This document shows, piece by piece, positions 49,001 to 62,147 of a stretch of DNA of 64,000 nucleotides. The position numbers and the translations under genes were made by a program. The notes under the pieces were generated by a model. It was not told where the DNA came from, searched no databases, and saw only the letters and a list, made by a program, of their open reading frames with translations. Origin of the DNA: Owenia fusiformis (taxonomy: Eukaryota); NCBI GenBank assembly GCA_903813345.2, contig CAIIXF020000001.1, positions 43,772,001-43,836,000 on the forward strand, written 5' to 3'. The first letter of the stretch is position 1. Each line of letters begins with the position of its first letter.

Positions 49001-52000
49001 GAACGAGTCACGTTCTGTGTATTACGTTCGCCTTTGATCCATGTTGAGTCCTGACAAAGTGTTGAACTTAAGTTATATTTCTAAAGAAAACATTTATTCA
49101 GTTTAGTGAAGTACTGTGCTAATTTTGCCAACAGTTGACAAGTTATTTTATGTGTTGAAAAAACTTGAACATCAAACAAGAAGATCAACACAGTGAACAC
49201 ACAGATATTTTGGGAGGGAGGGAGTGAAAAAAGACTGAACAAACAAACAAACATTGTGTGAAACTGGATACTTACAATACTGAATACAATAAAACACTGT
49301 GACACACTTAGTATGTTTTCTGATTTTCGGATCAATTTCATATATTTTTGCTAATTTCACGAGGCCCGTGAGAACCGCAATCAGAACCGAACCGAACTGT
49401 GAAATACAATAACCGAACCGAACCGTGAAATCTCAAACCGTGTGACCCCTAATTACTACAGGAGAGATGAACATTCATAGAATTATTGTTGCTGTTTCAC
49501 ATGTACATTATAAAGATTATTTGGATAATTATAAAAGTAGAAATGTAAGAGAATTCAGATTTTATATATTTTAGAATAGTGATTTTAACAGTAAGCGCCT
49601 ACATCACTCATTTTTACTTGAATTCAATTAACAGAGAAATAACGGAAAAACACTTTGTTTATATTTATGAATATTCAGTGAAAAGGACGTTTAAGCTCCA
49701 TTAGTAATTGTATTCTATTGTAACTTTCCCAAACAAATGGGTGATGAGGCCCTATCCTGTAATTATGTGGCTGAATAATTTTTAAAAACCTTTTAATTTA
49801 GCATCAACTTCCTTTGAACATCAGAATGCTTCAATTTTTTTCAGACCTCAACATTCCACATCAGGCAATACATCAGACTACTCATACAACAATCAAGACT
49901 ATTCTCTACCTAAGAGCCATCAGTATACACAGGGTTACCACTCAGGCTGGCAGTACAACCCTGGCCCCACACAGTACAATTACTACCAGGACTACACGAC
50001 AGCCTATGGGGATTACAACACTGATCCCTCATATACACAGGTGCGGTAAATATTAAAAATGCTTTTAATTTAAACTGGAGGAAATAGGTGTTGTCCATCG
50101 GGTTTCAAGTTAGAAAAATTAATTTTTAAATATATTGTGCCAGGGAGAAATCAGGCTTACCGTATCTTACATTTAAACTCTTAGGTTAATATTTCTATGG
50201 TTATCAATGTAGAGATTGAAGGCCTAAACATGAGTCTGTATGCGTTTGATCGCTGGAATGATCTTGTTAGTTATCCAATTAGACAATTTTTGCAGGATTG
50301 CTACCATTTCGAGAATGGTTGGAGTTTCATACCAATTAGTACAATGTAATAGATATTAGAGAGATTTAGCAACTCACTCATAGCATGTTTATTATTCCTG
50401 TATAACTTATGAAGCGTTTGATTACGTCATCATTTATTGCGCAGCTCTATACGTCCATAAGTGTGATAGTCTTATAATTTGTTGTCTATATGTCAGCATA
50501 TCCCATTAATCAATGTATAGTGTGCGCAATAAATAATGACGCAATCAAACACATCATAAGTTATTCGGGAATAATAAACATGCTATAAGTGAGTTGCGAA
50601 ATCTACCTATTAATATATAAAATTTCGCTAGAATATGCATGAACTATATTTTGAAATATGTATCACATACGTTTTCAATATGACTGCCAACCTGACCATA
50701 CATGTACACTTACATTAAGTAAAAATAAGTAAATCATTTTTTTTCTTTTCTTGAGATTTCAAACCAAATGGGGGTTTGGTCAAAACATGACTGTCACAAA
50801 ATGTAATTAATCATATTTTGCCTCAAATGTTCCTCTGTAGCTTCTTAAAATGAAACCACAAATGTTGAAAATGAATATTAACCAACTATTTAGCTCTCTT
50901 CCCAAAACAAAGAAAATAGCTCATGATGATTTCATGAAAATTGAAGTACCCATGATGATAAAAATATCAATCGAACAATTCGAAAATTATGAATAGGGAC
51001 CCCATGTCAACATTTAAAAAAAATATTGAACCTATTTACTCAAAAGAGGATCTCCTTTTTCTGATTATTATTGCATGAAAAGATTATTCAACCAGGGGTA
51101 TAAAACATCTTCAAAAATATAATGGTATTGAAAGTCTAGTTTTGAAGATATCAATTTTCGATGACCAAAATGATGCTGAAAACAATGGATAGCACAAGTT
51201 TTCCCTCTGGGAAAATAACATGGGATATGTGGTTTTTAACTTTAACACATTTCAATATGCATCCCCTTTTCAAAAGTTATTAATACAGTGTAGAAGAAAC
51301 CTTTAACCTCTTGAATCCCAGGCTCTAAAATTGGTTGAAACCAGACAATTTTTTTATTTTTGCCACCTTTTGACATTTTACTACATACCTTTACAATTTT
51401 AGATGCTCAAGTTAGTAAAATTAGATGGCAGAGATCATTTTTACACGTTTTAAAACAATTTTTGTGTAAATTGGATGAAAATTGTTTAAATAAGAGCAAT
51501 TTTTGTGAACAATTTTGTGACGGATTTTCTCGTCCCTCTGGGTTTCAAGGTCATTTCTGAGGTGACGAGAAATCTCGTCATTCTCGGTAGTCAAGAGGTT
51601 AATATATTCAAATTGAGAAAAACAAGATCCTCTATTTAGAAAATAATCCTTACATTTTTAAAAAAGTGACAAGTTGGGGCCCTAATCCATAATTTTTCAG
51701 AGAGTTGGATTGATATTTTATTATCATGGGGACTTCACTTGAAAGAAAACATATTGTTTTAATAAAAACCATGGTCAAAGATATGACTGTCTTAAATCAC
51801 TTGCCATACTGCACATGGACCTTTACTAAAATTAAAAATAATGCCTTTGCTTAATTTTGCCGAATCTCTAAAATTCTGCCAAATTCTGCCAAAGAACAGG
51901 TCCATTCAACACTTTTTTCCCAAAAAGCTCAGTTTTCCATTTTCTTTTAAAACCAATTGCATGCTGTAGATAAACCTTTTGTCTTGAGATGTGCAATTTC

Positions 52001-55000
52001 AAAAAGTGATGTAAGTTTTCAGTTTCCTGCTTCTGCTAACCCATTTCTAAGGCAATCCAATTACTCACCTGTTCACTTCTAGAGTCATCTACAGCTCTAA
52101 TTTAAATGAAAAAATGTCAGAATTAGAAAAGAAGAATATGTTCAAACTTTTCATGACTCCCTTACTTTGAGTTAACACACGAAACTAGGTTTGAAAATCA
52201 GTTGCCGCATATTCCCATATTCATCCATAGTTTATGTCATCTCGTGACTTTTAGGCCCATGTATGACACAGAAGTCTGGGATTTGTGTGGATGTTTGACA
52301 TTGGCAGCTTTGCCTAAGAAATATATACAAACTGCTTCCTTGTGAACCATGTTTTACTGGTTTACTTTACTAACAAATCGGTAAATCAAATGCTTTATTA
52401 ACATACAACGAATGTAATATATCACAAACGAAAAAATTAATTATTCGCATAACACAACCTGCATAAAAATGCATAAATTTCCAGTTTTGGAGCGAATATT
52501 CGGGGTAAAATGAGGATTTACTGGCTGACTATTTGGTATGAGAATCTACTATTCGATTTAGCCCAAGTACACACTTTGTTTACCATCAAAACAATGTCAA
52601 AACTTATCATTATGTCTCCAACAAAAAAGTGGTGACATAGTGTCTTTAAATTTTAGATTTCACCTTCAATGACCTTCTCATTGAATGTGTTCTATGGATC
52701 TGAGTTCGAAAAGTCACGTGACCAAAAGTTCGCCATTATTACCTTATATGGCAAATCATCAAGGCAACGATCACGACGTCATATGTTGTGATTGTGATGA
52801 AGATATGATGTGATATCACATAAAATATGACATCAGTCCAATATTGCCTCATCAACTAAACAAACAACAAGCTAAACGTCATTCATCACTGTTGATTATA
52901 TTTTAATTTGTGAGGTCATTAACATGTTACTAAACCAACAGAAAACAAGCATTTAGTTTGTTCATTGTGTTTCTCTGTGATATTTTCATAAAAAGTGGAT
53001 CAGTTTTGTCAAAATAGCATTATGGCCTTCATATTTTTCTAGTGTCATTTTCACTAGATTATCTTGTTACTGAAAGTTTTTTCTGAATATTGAAGGAGAA
53101 ATCTTATTTAGACACAATTTTGCTGACTAATGGAGGTTCAGAAATCCAAATAGTCTTTAGTAGATGAATAAATGTTTCATTTCTATACTACAAAAATAGA
53201 ATATTGCGAGTATACCCTGATTTGGTGGCCACCATACACTCTGACTGCTCTAAATGATTTGAACGAAGAGTGAAGCTCTAGCAAAGGGTAATTTATTATT
53301 AATCAATGAAATAAAATGAAATTTCATTCAGGACAACTTCAAGGTTTGTGTACAAATGTTAGATAAATTACAATTATGAGTCCAAATGTTAGACAAAATT
53401 GTCCTTAAAATATGTTTGAATAAGATAAGGGATTGGTGATCCTTCAGTTTTTGTTTGTTTATTTAAGACTTTATCAGCACTAGACTGAAGAGGAACAAGT
53501 ATAGTGCCGAAATCTGAACATTTTTTATTATATTTTGATTGATGACCTGCAATGCAAATTTATGCTTGTTAAAATGCCATATCTAATGCTTTAATGGGAT
53601 AGAAGCATTGTTATTTTCATTATTTGATTGATTAAATCAATATTTTCGACTGACTTATTGCAGTTTCTCGATTCATTTAGTCTGTAATGCAAAGGTGATT
53701 TTTGAATAAAGCAGTTTCAACAAATATTCATAAATTATCCCACATTTGAAGTTGAACTTGGATGATAACATGCAATTGTAGTCAAGATATTTTTAAAATG
53801 TGAGAAAAAAGCAATACCCATGTAATAGAGAGATTAATTCACAGATATTACTTTTTCCATGGATTAAAAACCCCCACCATTGTGCCATGTATTGCTACTA
53901 AGTACTGTGATTTATTTCAAAATAAACTGAATGTGAAATGCGCAAAATGCATCGTTGAGTTTTATAGGTAAATTATTGGAAAAATAGAAAATCGTATGAT
54001 TTTTTGCGGTTATTTTGATGAAGTCATCGGTTTTATTCAGCTTATTAATATCTACACTTGCACTCATTTGTTGTTTCTCCAACTTGTCGATCGAGATATT
54101 GATATCCACTCATTAGTATGTTTCAGTCAATTTGTTAGATTTAGAAGAAGGTCTTCAATGGGTAGCCTTCAATGTACATGTGTATGTGATTCTATAATCT
54201 TTATGACAATGTTCTCTGTGTTTTTGTCTGGAATTTCCTTCTTTGAGTGATCACTATTGAAATGAGTTCCCAATGGAGAAAAGTGTCAAATAGTACAATA
54301 ACGTCATTTCGAAGGGCAATATAGTGAAATATTGGACTGAGGGACGATATTTCACTATATCGCCAGCAGAAATTAATGACCATGACTGAAACAGCAAGAA
54401 AATCCTACGCACTGAACGGTATCTAATTTCCCGGGGAAAATTGCCGGTCATCAGTTGCATTATTGACCGGCAATATGGACCGCCACTATGACACCAGGCC
54501 CGTAGCCAGGATTTGCCAAGGGGGGGTTCAGTTTTCAAAAATTTCCAGGGGGGGTTCACATTTGGCAATTTTGGCCCAAATATGGCTAAAATCATTTGAG
54601 AAATGCTCAAAATGGTGAAAAACTGCATGATTTTGAAAGAGTTTTTGGCCAGGGGGGGGGTTCGTCCGAACCCTGCGAACCCCCCCTGGCTACGGGCCTG
54701 AACACGACATATTGTACAGGTCGATGTAGTAAAATGAATGCCTTCTAAACTAGCACGTAAACCCCTAGAACTGGCTCGGCAAGGTGGTAATAATAGATGT
54801 TATCGAAACATGTTTTCCGCTTACTGATTGGTTTTGAAAATATCACTGTGATGCGTTTGAATTGATTCATGACCTGGGGTGTGATGGCCACTGGCATTGA
54901 GGGTGGGGCTGCTAATAACAGTAAAGTCTAACCTATTTAGGGGTATTAGATGTTCATAAGAAAGATAAGTAAGGTAGAGAGAAGAGGGATGGCATTTTAA

Positions 55001-56498
55001 GGGGTTGAACCAACATATCAATTTCTGTCAATGGCATAATTAATTTTGTTTGAGGTTTGGAACCCAAGGGCATTTTCATAATGTGACACTGTAAAATAAG
55101 TCACATTTGCTTTAAAATCAACAAATGAGGTTAAAATAAATTTTGAAATGATGTTATTTGATGACTAATTAATATTTTTCATGTTTATATACTACATCAT
55201 TTAATAAATATTCACTCATATCACAAGCTTTCAAAAGAGGTTCAACACTTTTACAGAATACAATAGGTTGCTGATCAATTAAGAAAAATGATCCCTTGTC
55301 TTTACTAATTTAAATAGTTTCACAGTGTACTTGCATACTTTGACCTCCAGTAGTTCACATTTACAACTATAATGTAGACATTTACTAGCCTATCTATCTT
55401 CAGATAAAATGTGTGAAATTGACAGTTCTAACTTAACTGTTTGTGTCGTTAACTTGTCAATGTATATCTGGTGTACAACTTTACATATGTTAGATAAAGC
55501 TGAGAAATACCATGTGGGTTCATCTTGATAATTAGAGTGTAAGTACATATGTGTACAATATATTCATGTTCAGATCTAATAATTGGGGACCTACATTTTA
55601 TTTTTGACCAGAGAGAAATATTGTTTCCCTTCTACAACTAAAATTGGATCATTTCGTCTTACTATGCAAGGAATATTTTTCAAGCTTCAGTATTTACAGA
55701 AAAGAAGGTTGTTTGAAGTCTGTTCATGATGTAAATTGCAGTGTTATTATTCTTTATTCTTTAAATTTTCATATTATCTATATATGTCCATTTTATTAAA
55801 CCCAAAATGTTGTTCTCACTTTACTTCAGAAAGAGATTAACTTTTTAGAATGGGCAATTCAAACTTGTCATTTTGTGTAAAATTGCAAGTAGCTAGTCCT
55901 TGGGAGAATGAATATATTAAGCCCTACCTGCTTACCATGAACCTATAACAGAGTTTTGTATGTCTTTCCAGACTCCTGCTGCTGCTAGCGCTACCACTAC
56001 GGCAGCTGAGAGCACAACAACCACAGAGGATGAGACCCTCGTTGACCCAGAGGTGGACATGAACTTTGAAGCAGCCCACCAAGAATACATGAAGCACAGT
56101 GAGGTGAGAAATACATTCTTTTTACATGAACTGGCAAGAGACACAACACTTTTTACAGATTTGATATGTTTAGTAATCATATTCCTCTGTTAAAAAACTA
56201 TTATACATCTTGGCAATTCCCTAAGGTGATGTCATCCCAAGGGTTAGTCCATCAATAAAATCTATCCCTCAGGGGAAAGACCAGCTACATTTGTTTCACT
56301 CGCCGTTTCCCAGCAATATTATCTTCAGAAAAGGTTTAAAAATCATTAGCAATGCTGCACAGAGTACATGTTAAAAAGTCTTTATGAACCTTATATTTGT
56401 TCTTCCAGGAGCTATATGAAGTATTGGAGGATTCAAGGTGGCAAATATTGGACTCTATCACTTCAAAAATACCAATTGCGGCACAAGTGTCTTCATGA
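25012..56498 (+). CDS. TRNAU1AP: tRNA selenocysteine 1-associated protein 1 (SECp43): two RRMs + Tyr-rich region + conserved C-terminus
   Basis: Exons 25012-25038 (MSHTLWMGD), 43335-43432 (LEPYMDEMFLQQAF), 44001-44100 (AGYCFLDF), 45650-45702 (KRFKLNSASYGK), 46287-46390 (PEFSLFVGDL), 46556-46703 (SKGFGFVRF..KPIRVSLA), 49845-50040 (Tyr-rich), 55972-56103, 56409-56498 (ELYEVLEDSRWQILDSITSKIP..TGA); all GT-AG and in frame. Confidence 0.93.
25140..28115. mobile_element. CAGTGGGG Tc1/mariner MITE expanded by nested insertions, including a second TA-flanked TIR element at 25316-27012
   Basis: Ends match 21578-22491 (TA-CAGTGGGGA.CATAAAG ... TGTCCCCCACTG-TA); inner TIR CACT..CTCCAAAAG.TTGGCAACC. Confidence 0.7.
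26066..26873 (+). mobile_element. PIF/Harbinger-like MITE, 808 bp, copy 1
   Basis: TIR CCC...TATCACACCAAACT.GTTCT with TAA on both flanks; near-identical inverted copy at 30057-30864. Confidence 0.8.
28118..28959. mobile_element. MITE with ~125-bp near-perfect TIRs
   Basis: CTACTATTTTTTTCATGGCCTGAGTTCG...AATCTTAATGAAA is mirrored at ~28840-28956. Confidence 0.8.
30057..30864 (-). mobile_element. PIF/Harbinger-like MITE, 808 bp, copy 2 (inverted)
   Basis: Reverse complement of 26066-26873; TAA TSD supported by a paralogous empty site GCCCATTTAAAGCAG at ~34181-34195. Confidence 0.85.
31314..32363 (-). mobile_element. Internally deleted mariner transposon with a pseudogenised C-terminal transposase fragment (~31950-31646)
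   Basis: TIR CTTGGGTGCATCAAAAAGTTTTGCAATTTTGAC with TA TSD; the minus strand reads HFHMENARPHTSR..*..AYSPETSSCDFLFSHIK..LRG..F..GGNYFE*. Confidence 0.9.
32733..33940. mobile_element. Non-autonomous DNA transposon with 6-bp TSD and an internal ~30-bp minisatellite
   Basis: TIR (C/T)ATACCTG(C/T)CAACCT; TSD TTATTC at 32727-32732 and 33941-33946; repeats of GCGGTAGATTTTGAAAAATGCGGTAGTTTT. Confidence 0.8.
34318..34910 (-). CDS. Candidate 107-aa orphan protein with an N-terminal MGC acylation motif, nested antisense in TRNAU1AP intron 1
   Basis: Exon 34910-34683 (MGCIPTKEK...LGKSKCK, donor AAG|GTACAT) spliced to 34413-34318 (acceptor TTTCCTAG|EESSDEFLKQFGWKPVDKSQQTELCYLTSKY*); upstream UTR acceptor TTTTTTCCAG at ~35004 and donor GAG|GTAAGA at ~35655. 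Confidence 0.5.
36399..37790 (+). mobile_element. Helentron/HINE element with ~145-bp internal repeats
   Basis: Subterminal inverted repeat ATCCCATTGAAC ... GTTCGATGGGAT, (CCGT)n microsatellite, and repeats containing AAAATGGCCGCCATTTT. Confidence 0.75.
38290..38876 (-). pseudogene. Probably disabled duplicate of the MGC orphan gene (copy B)
   Basis: Exon 1 ORF is almost identical, but the donor context is changed (AAT|GT), the exon 2 acceptor AG is mutated to AT, and there is an in-frame TAG (GAA GAA ATT TAG). Confidence 0.45.
40797..41999 (+). mobile_element. Helentron/HINE element inserted into duplication copy C
   Basis: Subterminal inverted repeat TATCGCACTTTGAA ... TTCAAAGTGCGATA, (GGGC)n, internal modules and a CTTGTT end; copies A and B show the empty T-rich site with no clear TSD. 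Confidence 0.8.
43572..43940 (+). mobile_element. Fragment of a dispersed repeat, inverted partner of 51125-51808
   Basis: Reverse-complement similarity over ~370 bp. Confidence 0.7.
44343..45554 (+). mobile_element. Complete Helentron/HINE element with ~7 tandem ~146-bp repeats
   Basis: ATCCCACCAAAC ... GTTCGGTGGGAT subterminal repeats, (CCGT/TCGT)n, ATAACTCAAATAC recurring about every 145 bp, 3' hairpin GC.ACTCC-gt-GGAGT.GC, then CTAGT. Confidence 0.85.
46968..47363. repeat. Foldback palindrome (~165-bp arms), probably a MITE
   Basis: Near-perfect inverted arms around a short AT-rich spacer. Confidence 0.85.
47375..49451. mobile_element. hAT-like non-autonomous transposon (~2.1 kb)
   Basis: TIR TAGGGGTCACACGGTT, 8-bp TSD ATTACTAC (47367-47374 and 49452-49459), subterminal AACCG repeats. 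Confidence 0.9.
50350..50615. repeat. Palindromic MITE-like foldback
   Basis: GCAACTCACT.ATAGCATGTTTATTATTCC arms are mirrored at ~50568-50598. Confidence 0.75.
51307..51598. mobile_element. piggyBac-like MITE inserted in an older repeat (51125-51808)
   Basis: TTAA-CCTCTTGA ... TCAAGAGG-TTAA; absent from the homologous copy at 43572-43940. Confidence 0.7.
54495..54700. mobile_element. Short GC-rich MITE (TIR CAGGCCCGTAGCCAGG)
   Basis: Perfect 16-bp TIR; subterminal GGGTTCGTCCGAACCC motif also seen at ~25195. Confidence 0.85.
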
Positions 56499-58974
56499 CA
56501 CTCGATAATGGACAGAAATGTGTAACATTATTTTCCTGAAATGAAATATTTCAAATGACTTGAATAATGACCGACTATTTATGGACATGAACATCAAGTC
56601 CATGGGCTGTGGTATCAGCAAATGTCAAACTCTATCATACATCATCTGGAGATGAAATCGATAGGCTCCTCCTAGTAGCTGTCAAGTCCATTGCTATTGT
56701 TCCGGATATGTAATGTATATATTTATATATGTTACGTTGAAATATAGAATTGATAAATAAGTTATGTTGTTATTTTTGTTATTGTTATTTGTTTATTGCA
56801 TGCATTAATCAAGAGCTTTGACATACATCGTGGGCTTTCAATAGATGCATACATGTACATGGTGTTCAATAAGTAATGATAAAAATGATGTTACTATTTC
56901 ATTTTTTCATATTTCTGACTAATTTTTCTACTGTACATTGTTGAGTATTATACTGGTACATTGTGAAAGTTACTGAAATGTGCTCCAACAGGAAGGTGGT
57001 GCTGGGTTGAGTCAACAGTGGTTCATGGTGGATCAGGTCTGCAAGAAAAAGTCAAAATTACCAACTTGAAATGTGAATATTGCTCCTCGGTCTATTGCTT
57101 GGGCACCAACTTGTGAAACATCAATGCAATTTCTACATCATTATGAATAACATGTCGTGTGATTCTTACACTTGAATCAGTCATGTCTGTAAATTTTCTG
57201 ATGGGAATTTTTCTGGTTTCATCTAATATTTCTCTCGCTACATCTATCTGATTAGGGGAAGTTACAGCTTTTGTTTGGTTGCCTCAGTCTGGGTTCATCT
57301 TCAATCGACTTTCTCCCTCCTTTTTACAGAGTGGTACCAGTGATATATGGCAGGGGTAGACAGAGTGTCTTTCCGATGAGCTTCACGAATGTCCGTTATT
57401 GTATCCTATTTTGATTTCCCTATTTTGATTTGAGGATATAGAACTTATTGCTGCCTCTTATTTGATGCTGAATATAATTGATTTTCTGTTCAGCAACCAT
57501 GTGGTTGATGGCATAATTGTAATTGTTTGTGTGTGATGCAATTTCTCAATGATGTCATCTGATCTTAAAGTGGCAATAAGGCTTGTAGAGAGAAAATAGG
57601 AATATTTTAACTTTTTCTGAGCTATCAAGGCAACAGTTGGCTTAACATCTTCTTCGTCATACCTATTTTCTTAAAATGTATGGATAAACTATCAATTTCT
57701 GCATTAAAAAGTGTAAGTTCAGTTCAAAGCTTCAAAAAGGGGACGTCCACTTTTATATTTTTAAGATCCACCATTTTTCAAGAGGAATATAAGCTGAAAT
57801 AATGATTATCTAGGGGGTTTCTGTAGAAAATATCCAAACTTAAATATATTTTGACACTGGTCCATGATCGTTGAATGGCCCCTCTGCACTACTTATTGCA
57901 CCTTTAAATTGCTCTGTGGTGTAACTCCTGTATATAACACAATTGACATAAGTTATATATTCTTTCTCATTTTAAACATTGCAACAGAGACCACAGCAAT
58001 TTGAGGTATTTTTGAATTTCTGATTCTCAAGATAACAATTTAAACTTTTATTTCAAAAAAATCAGAAATAGAAAATCAAAAAGCATAAAAGGTAGGGTCG
58101 AAATTTTTTATTGCAAAATTGGGGGTGGCTAATTGTGAAGAGGCACTATCTTCAACCCCGGATCTTCATCATATTATTACAGGAAATATTTTTTTTATCC
58201 AGTAATTGGCACACAATATTCTGTCTGACATTTCCTTCCAACTCAGACAATGTCGTTATCATTCAATTTTCTACCTGCAACTTTATTTTATTGCTCAATA
58301 TTAACCTGAAGGAAAATCAATAGCATAATATAGATAGATTTGTATGCAGGTTTGAAAACAACTGTATCATAAAATGCATGAAAACTGTAACGATGTAAAT
58401 GATCTGACATACATGAAATGCAAAGCAATATTCATTGTCTGTCTGAGCTGAATGTGCTTTAAAAAGTCATGTAGTTTTTTGGATCAATACAAAATTTTCA
58501 GTCAGGGTGAGTCAGGGTGGCTTTACTTAACCCCCCCCCCCCCCTTCCACTTGCTCAATGTTGATTTATCTAGTAATATGATGGAACAGTTCCCTGTTTG
58601 AAAAAATACAAATAAAATAACATAACTAGAATTCTGAAATTGACAGTTTACTCCATCCATATAAATGCTCAATCTCAAATTGAAATCCTAGTCTTGCATT
58701 AAGCCCATGTTTAACATACACAAAAACAGTAACATTCTACACAGGGTAGGGAAATAAAAGATAGAATGGGGAACCACAGATACATCGATAGGGAAATACT
58801 TATGGGAGGGGTACCGAAGACTTTATGTAAGACTAATGTTTCCAGAGGAAATTTGGTTCCACAATTTTTCTTCAAATATTTTCAAAAAATGTCTGATGAC
58901 AAAAATCAGTTGTTTCGTTTCAATGTTAGACTGCCAGTTAAATTGACAGTTAATATTGACGAGCTCGAACCTAA

Positions 58975-58986
58975 TGACAGCTGTCA
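58975..58986. promoter_or_regulatory. Perfect TGIF/MEIS/PKNOX dimer site TGACAGCTGTCA
   Basis: 12-bp palindrome (14 bp with the A/T flanks) ~3.2 kb upstream of the TGIF start, within a TGACAG cluster. Confidence 0.55.
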
Positions 58987-59651
58987 TCCTTAACTGCTTT
59001 CACCTCAAGCTGGATAACAATTAAACAAGATAACAGTACAAAACTAGGTCCAATTATACGCTTTTCAAATAAATATAATCAGGAGCTCATTATTAAAAAA
59101 TAAAAATATCCAATCGTGAGACTAGCTGTATTGATCAATAATGAAAATTACATTGATTATGAAAATGCAGTATTATAGTGTGTAATGTTACACTGTGACA
59201 GCTTGCTAAAAGTGTTCCACTACTTCAAAAATGTACTTGTGAAACTATCTTGTATTTAAGGGAAGCAACAGCTGAGTAACCTCTTCAATATTGGAGGTTT
59301 TGTCTCTAGCATTTTTTTCTTTCTTAATGATTGACCCTGTTAATATGAGCGATTCTTTGTTCATTTCACAACTGACACACATGTTTTCTTTGTAAATCTC
59401 AGGAATTGAACCATGAAAAGGAATTCACCATTCTAGATTTGATTTTTTCTTTGTAAATCATATCTCGTAAATCTAGACATTAAGTGTATAAAAGAAATTA
59501 AAATCCAATATTTGATCTACATTTATGAAGTTTCATAGTTCTAATCAATGCATAGTTGTATTGATGTTTTATTCCACATTTTGCAATAATCAGGAATTGG
59601 AAATGTCTGGAGTTAACACATAATGTAAAGAACAATGAAAATGTAATTGTC

Positions 59652-59739
59652 CACCATTTTGTTCAGCTTTAATAAAGAGAACCCATTTTGTTCAGCTTTA
59701 ATAAAGAGAACCCATTTTGTTCAGCTTTTTTAAAGAGAA
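59652..59739. repeat. Three tandem 29-bp repeats
   Basis: CCATTTTGTTCAGCTTTAATAAAGAGAAC x3. Confidence 0.9.
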
Positions 59740-62147
59740 AGTGACAAGTAACTGAGAAAACTCCATGTGGTGTTATAAACTCTGAAAATTGTCATTAAAG
59801 TTTTGAAACAGTTGTGTTCGACACATTCAAGTCATTTGTTAAAAGTAAAAATAGTAAAACCAGAACCTAGTAAAATATTACTTCTGTTCTTGGTAAAACA
59901 TCAATTATTTTTATTAATTTCATTTTCTTCTCACACAAGCAGGCTTATATTTCATGAATTAAAATTAGATTTTTCACCATAAAGCAATGTTTCATCCTTC
60001 CAATGATCAATTTTCTAATTGTACTGGCTGCTGTTTAAACATGATTTACAGGATCAAACAAGCACGCACTCTTGAGCTAGGGTAGTGTGATAATTAATTT
60101 GGATTCCATATCTATGTATTGAGAGTATGCATAAATAGCCATCATCATAATGCAGGCCTTGTGGCATGGTGCGGGTCTTAAAATCAGTTGAAAAAAACTT
60201 TAGAATGCCTGTGGGCATATTTGAATTTTGATTGATTTGTTTTAATGCTCTCATAATGACATTTTAACCTGTATTTTACAAGAGGCTATTGTCCTCTCAA
60301 ACAAGTATCAATGGTCAGGGCGGGGTTGGAAGTGCTCACTAAATGTGGTATGTGGTCAGGATTGTCTCTTGTATTATAGAGATATACTTAAACAAATGGT
60401 TGCCTAGAAATATCTCAGAATTTCCCAGTCCAAGATAACAAATACTTGTGATAATTTGACTTAAGAAAGGAACACAATGATCATTCATTCTAAAGAAGGT
60501 CATGATTCCACTTAATAATGAAACATATTCAATTTCATTCATTAAAGACTCCTTCAAGAACATTTGAATGAATCTCAAGCTAAATTAACACATTAAATAA
60601 ATATACAGGTTAATGTTACAAATTCTGAAATTGAGTGAATGTTTTTCAATAGCACTTAAGGTGACTGAATAGCTGGCTTCAGCTTTCATCATTTAATTAA
60701 CCACTTTATTAGTATCCCAAACTTCAGGTATAATAGCTAGTTAAGCTTATTTAGATACTGGATTCAACATAGCTGGTTTCATGTGTAAATTGACTCATAG
60801 TTTTGCAATCAAAACTAAAACATAGAAGTCCTACACAAAGAAAGGTAATGTTGACAGTTTTGACATTTTGAAAATTTTGACATTTCAATATTTTATGTTA
60901 TCATAATATAGAGTCAGTCAGAATATCAATATGCTATCGTGTACTAAAAATGGCCTTGGAATTATAATAATGCTGATCTCAATGATGAAAAAATCTTGAT
61001 AACTGAATCAATAGCATGAGGATGGTGACATATGTTTTTTGCAATCCTTGATCAATATATGACAACTGATATGCTCCTTGATGTGCACAGCCTCCAAGTA
61101 TGTTTTTGATCATATCTGCACACTGATATCATGACATATATAAAGTTGAGTCCGTAAGTCTGTGACAATACTGAGCATACTTTCCTTTGCATCTTCATAG
61201 GCATTCTGATTGAATTTTGAGAAATTGTTACTGGAAAAGGAAGTTATTTTTTGTTCTAAGAAGGCTGCCGTCAATCTTAATTTGTACGAACATGATTATG
61301 AATACACATCTATAATTATTAATATTACATAAATGAAAAAGATATTTAGAAGATGATGAAAACATTTCTGGAACGTGATGACATTTACTTTCACAGCAGG
61401 AATTTTAAACATTGGATCAATAGATGTAATTTTAATGCAACGGTGAATATTAAAAATCCATATTTGGGTAATAACTGGAACTTGGAGATTATATTAAGCA
61501 AGATGGAAAAATGGAAACTGATAATTAAATAATTGTTGCATATCTGTTTGACAATTTTGTTTATCTTTGACAGTTATCTGTTATACACCCATGGGGATTG
61601 TCACCTTCTTGTAGTTAAAGGATGTTTGTGTTTGATTAAGCCTTTGTTACACTAATCAGCTAGCCCAGTATCTTATTGGCTAGCCCTATGTCAATGAAAG
61701 ATAGACTGACCCTTCAGGGGACACAAGTTGTAACTGACAGCATAATTAGTTAAATCCCCAGATTGAACTTTATTCATTATTGTTTATATCATTCTGTTTT
61801 TTTCATAGTTTTTACATATATTTGTAACTTTATAATATAAGAAACAATTATCATGTTTATATTGATAATTAATGCCAGTTAAAGATATTAAGTATAAGTT
61901 AAGCAACAGGTTAACAAGCTATCACCCCTTTTGAATAGTTACTTGGTCCATGTAGCATATTCATGATTCCACGTGGCTTTCTCAGCTGTCAAACAATAAA
62001 TACTACATGAAGTTTACATGCTGTGGATTCAAATAGTGTCAAGCATTACTGGAATTTAACTGGAAAAAAGTTGACTTTCACGTTGGTGATTTGCACCAAA
62101 ATTAGTGGAGATTATACATGAAGCTCTAATCTAACCTACTAGCAAGT

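Noticed and set aside
56496..56620. TRNAU1AP ends in TGA: possible selenocysteine readthrough or SECIS
   Set aside because: The stop falls about where homologues end, readthrough would add only a few residues, and no canonical SECIS stem with correct spacing was visible.
59403..59436. Possible upstream TGIF exon with ATG AAA AGG
   Set aside because: In-frame TAG after 7 codons and no suitable donor; cannot be supported without transcripts.
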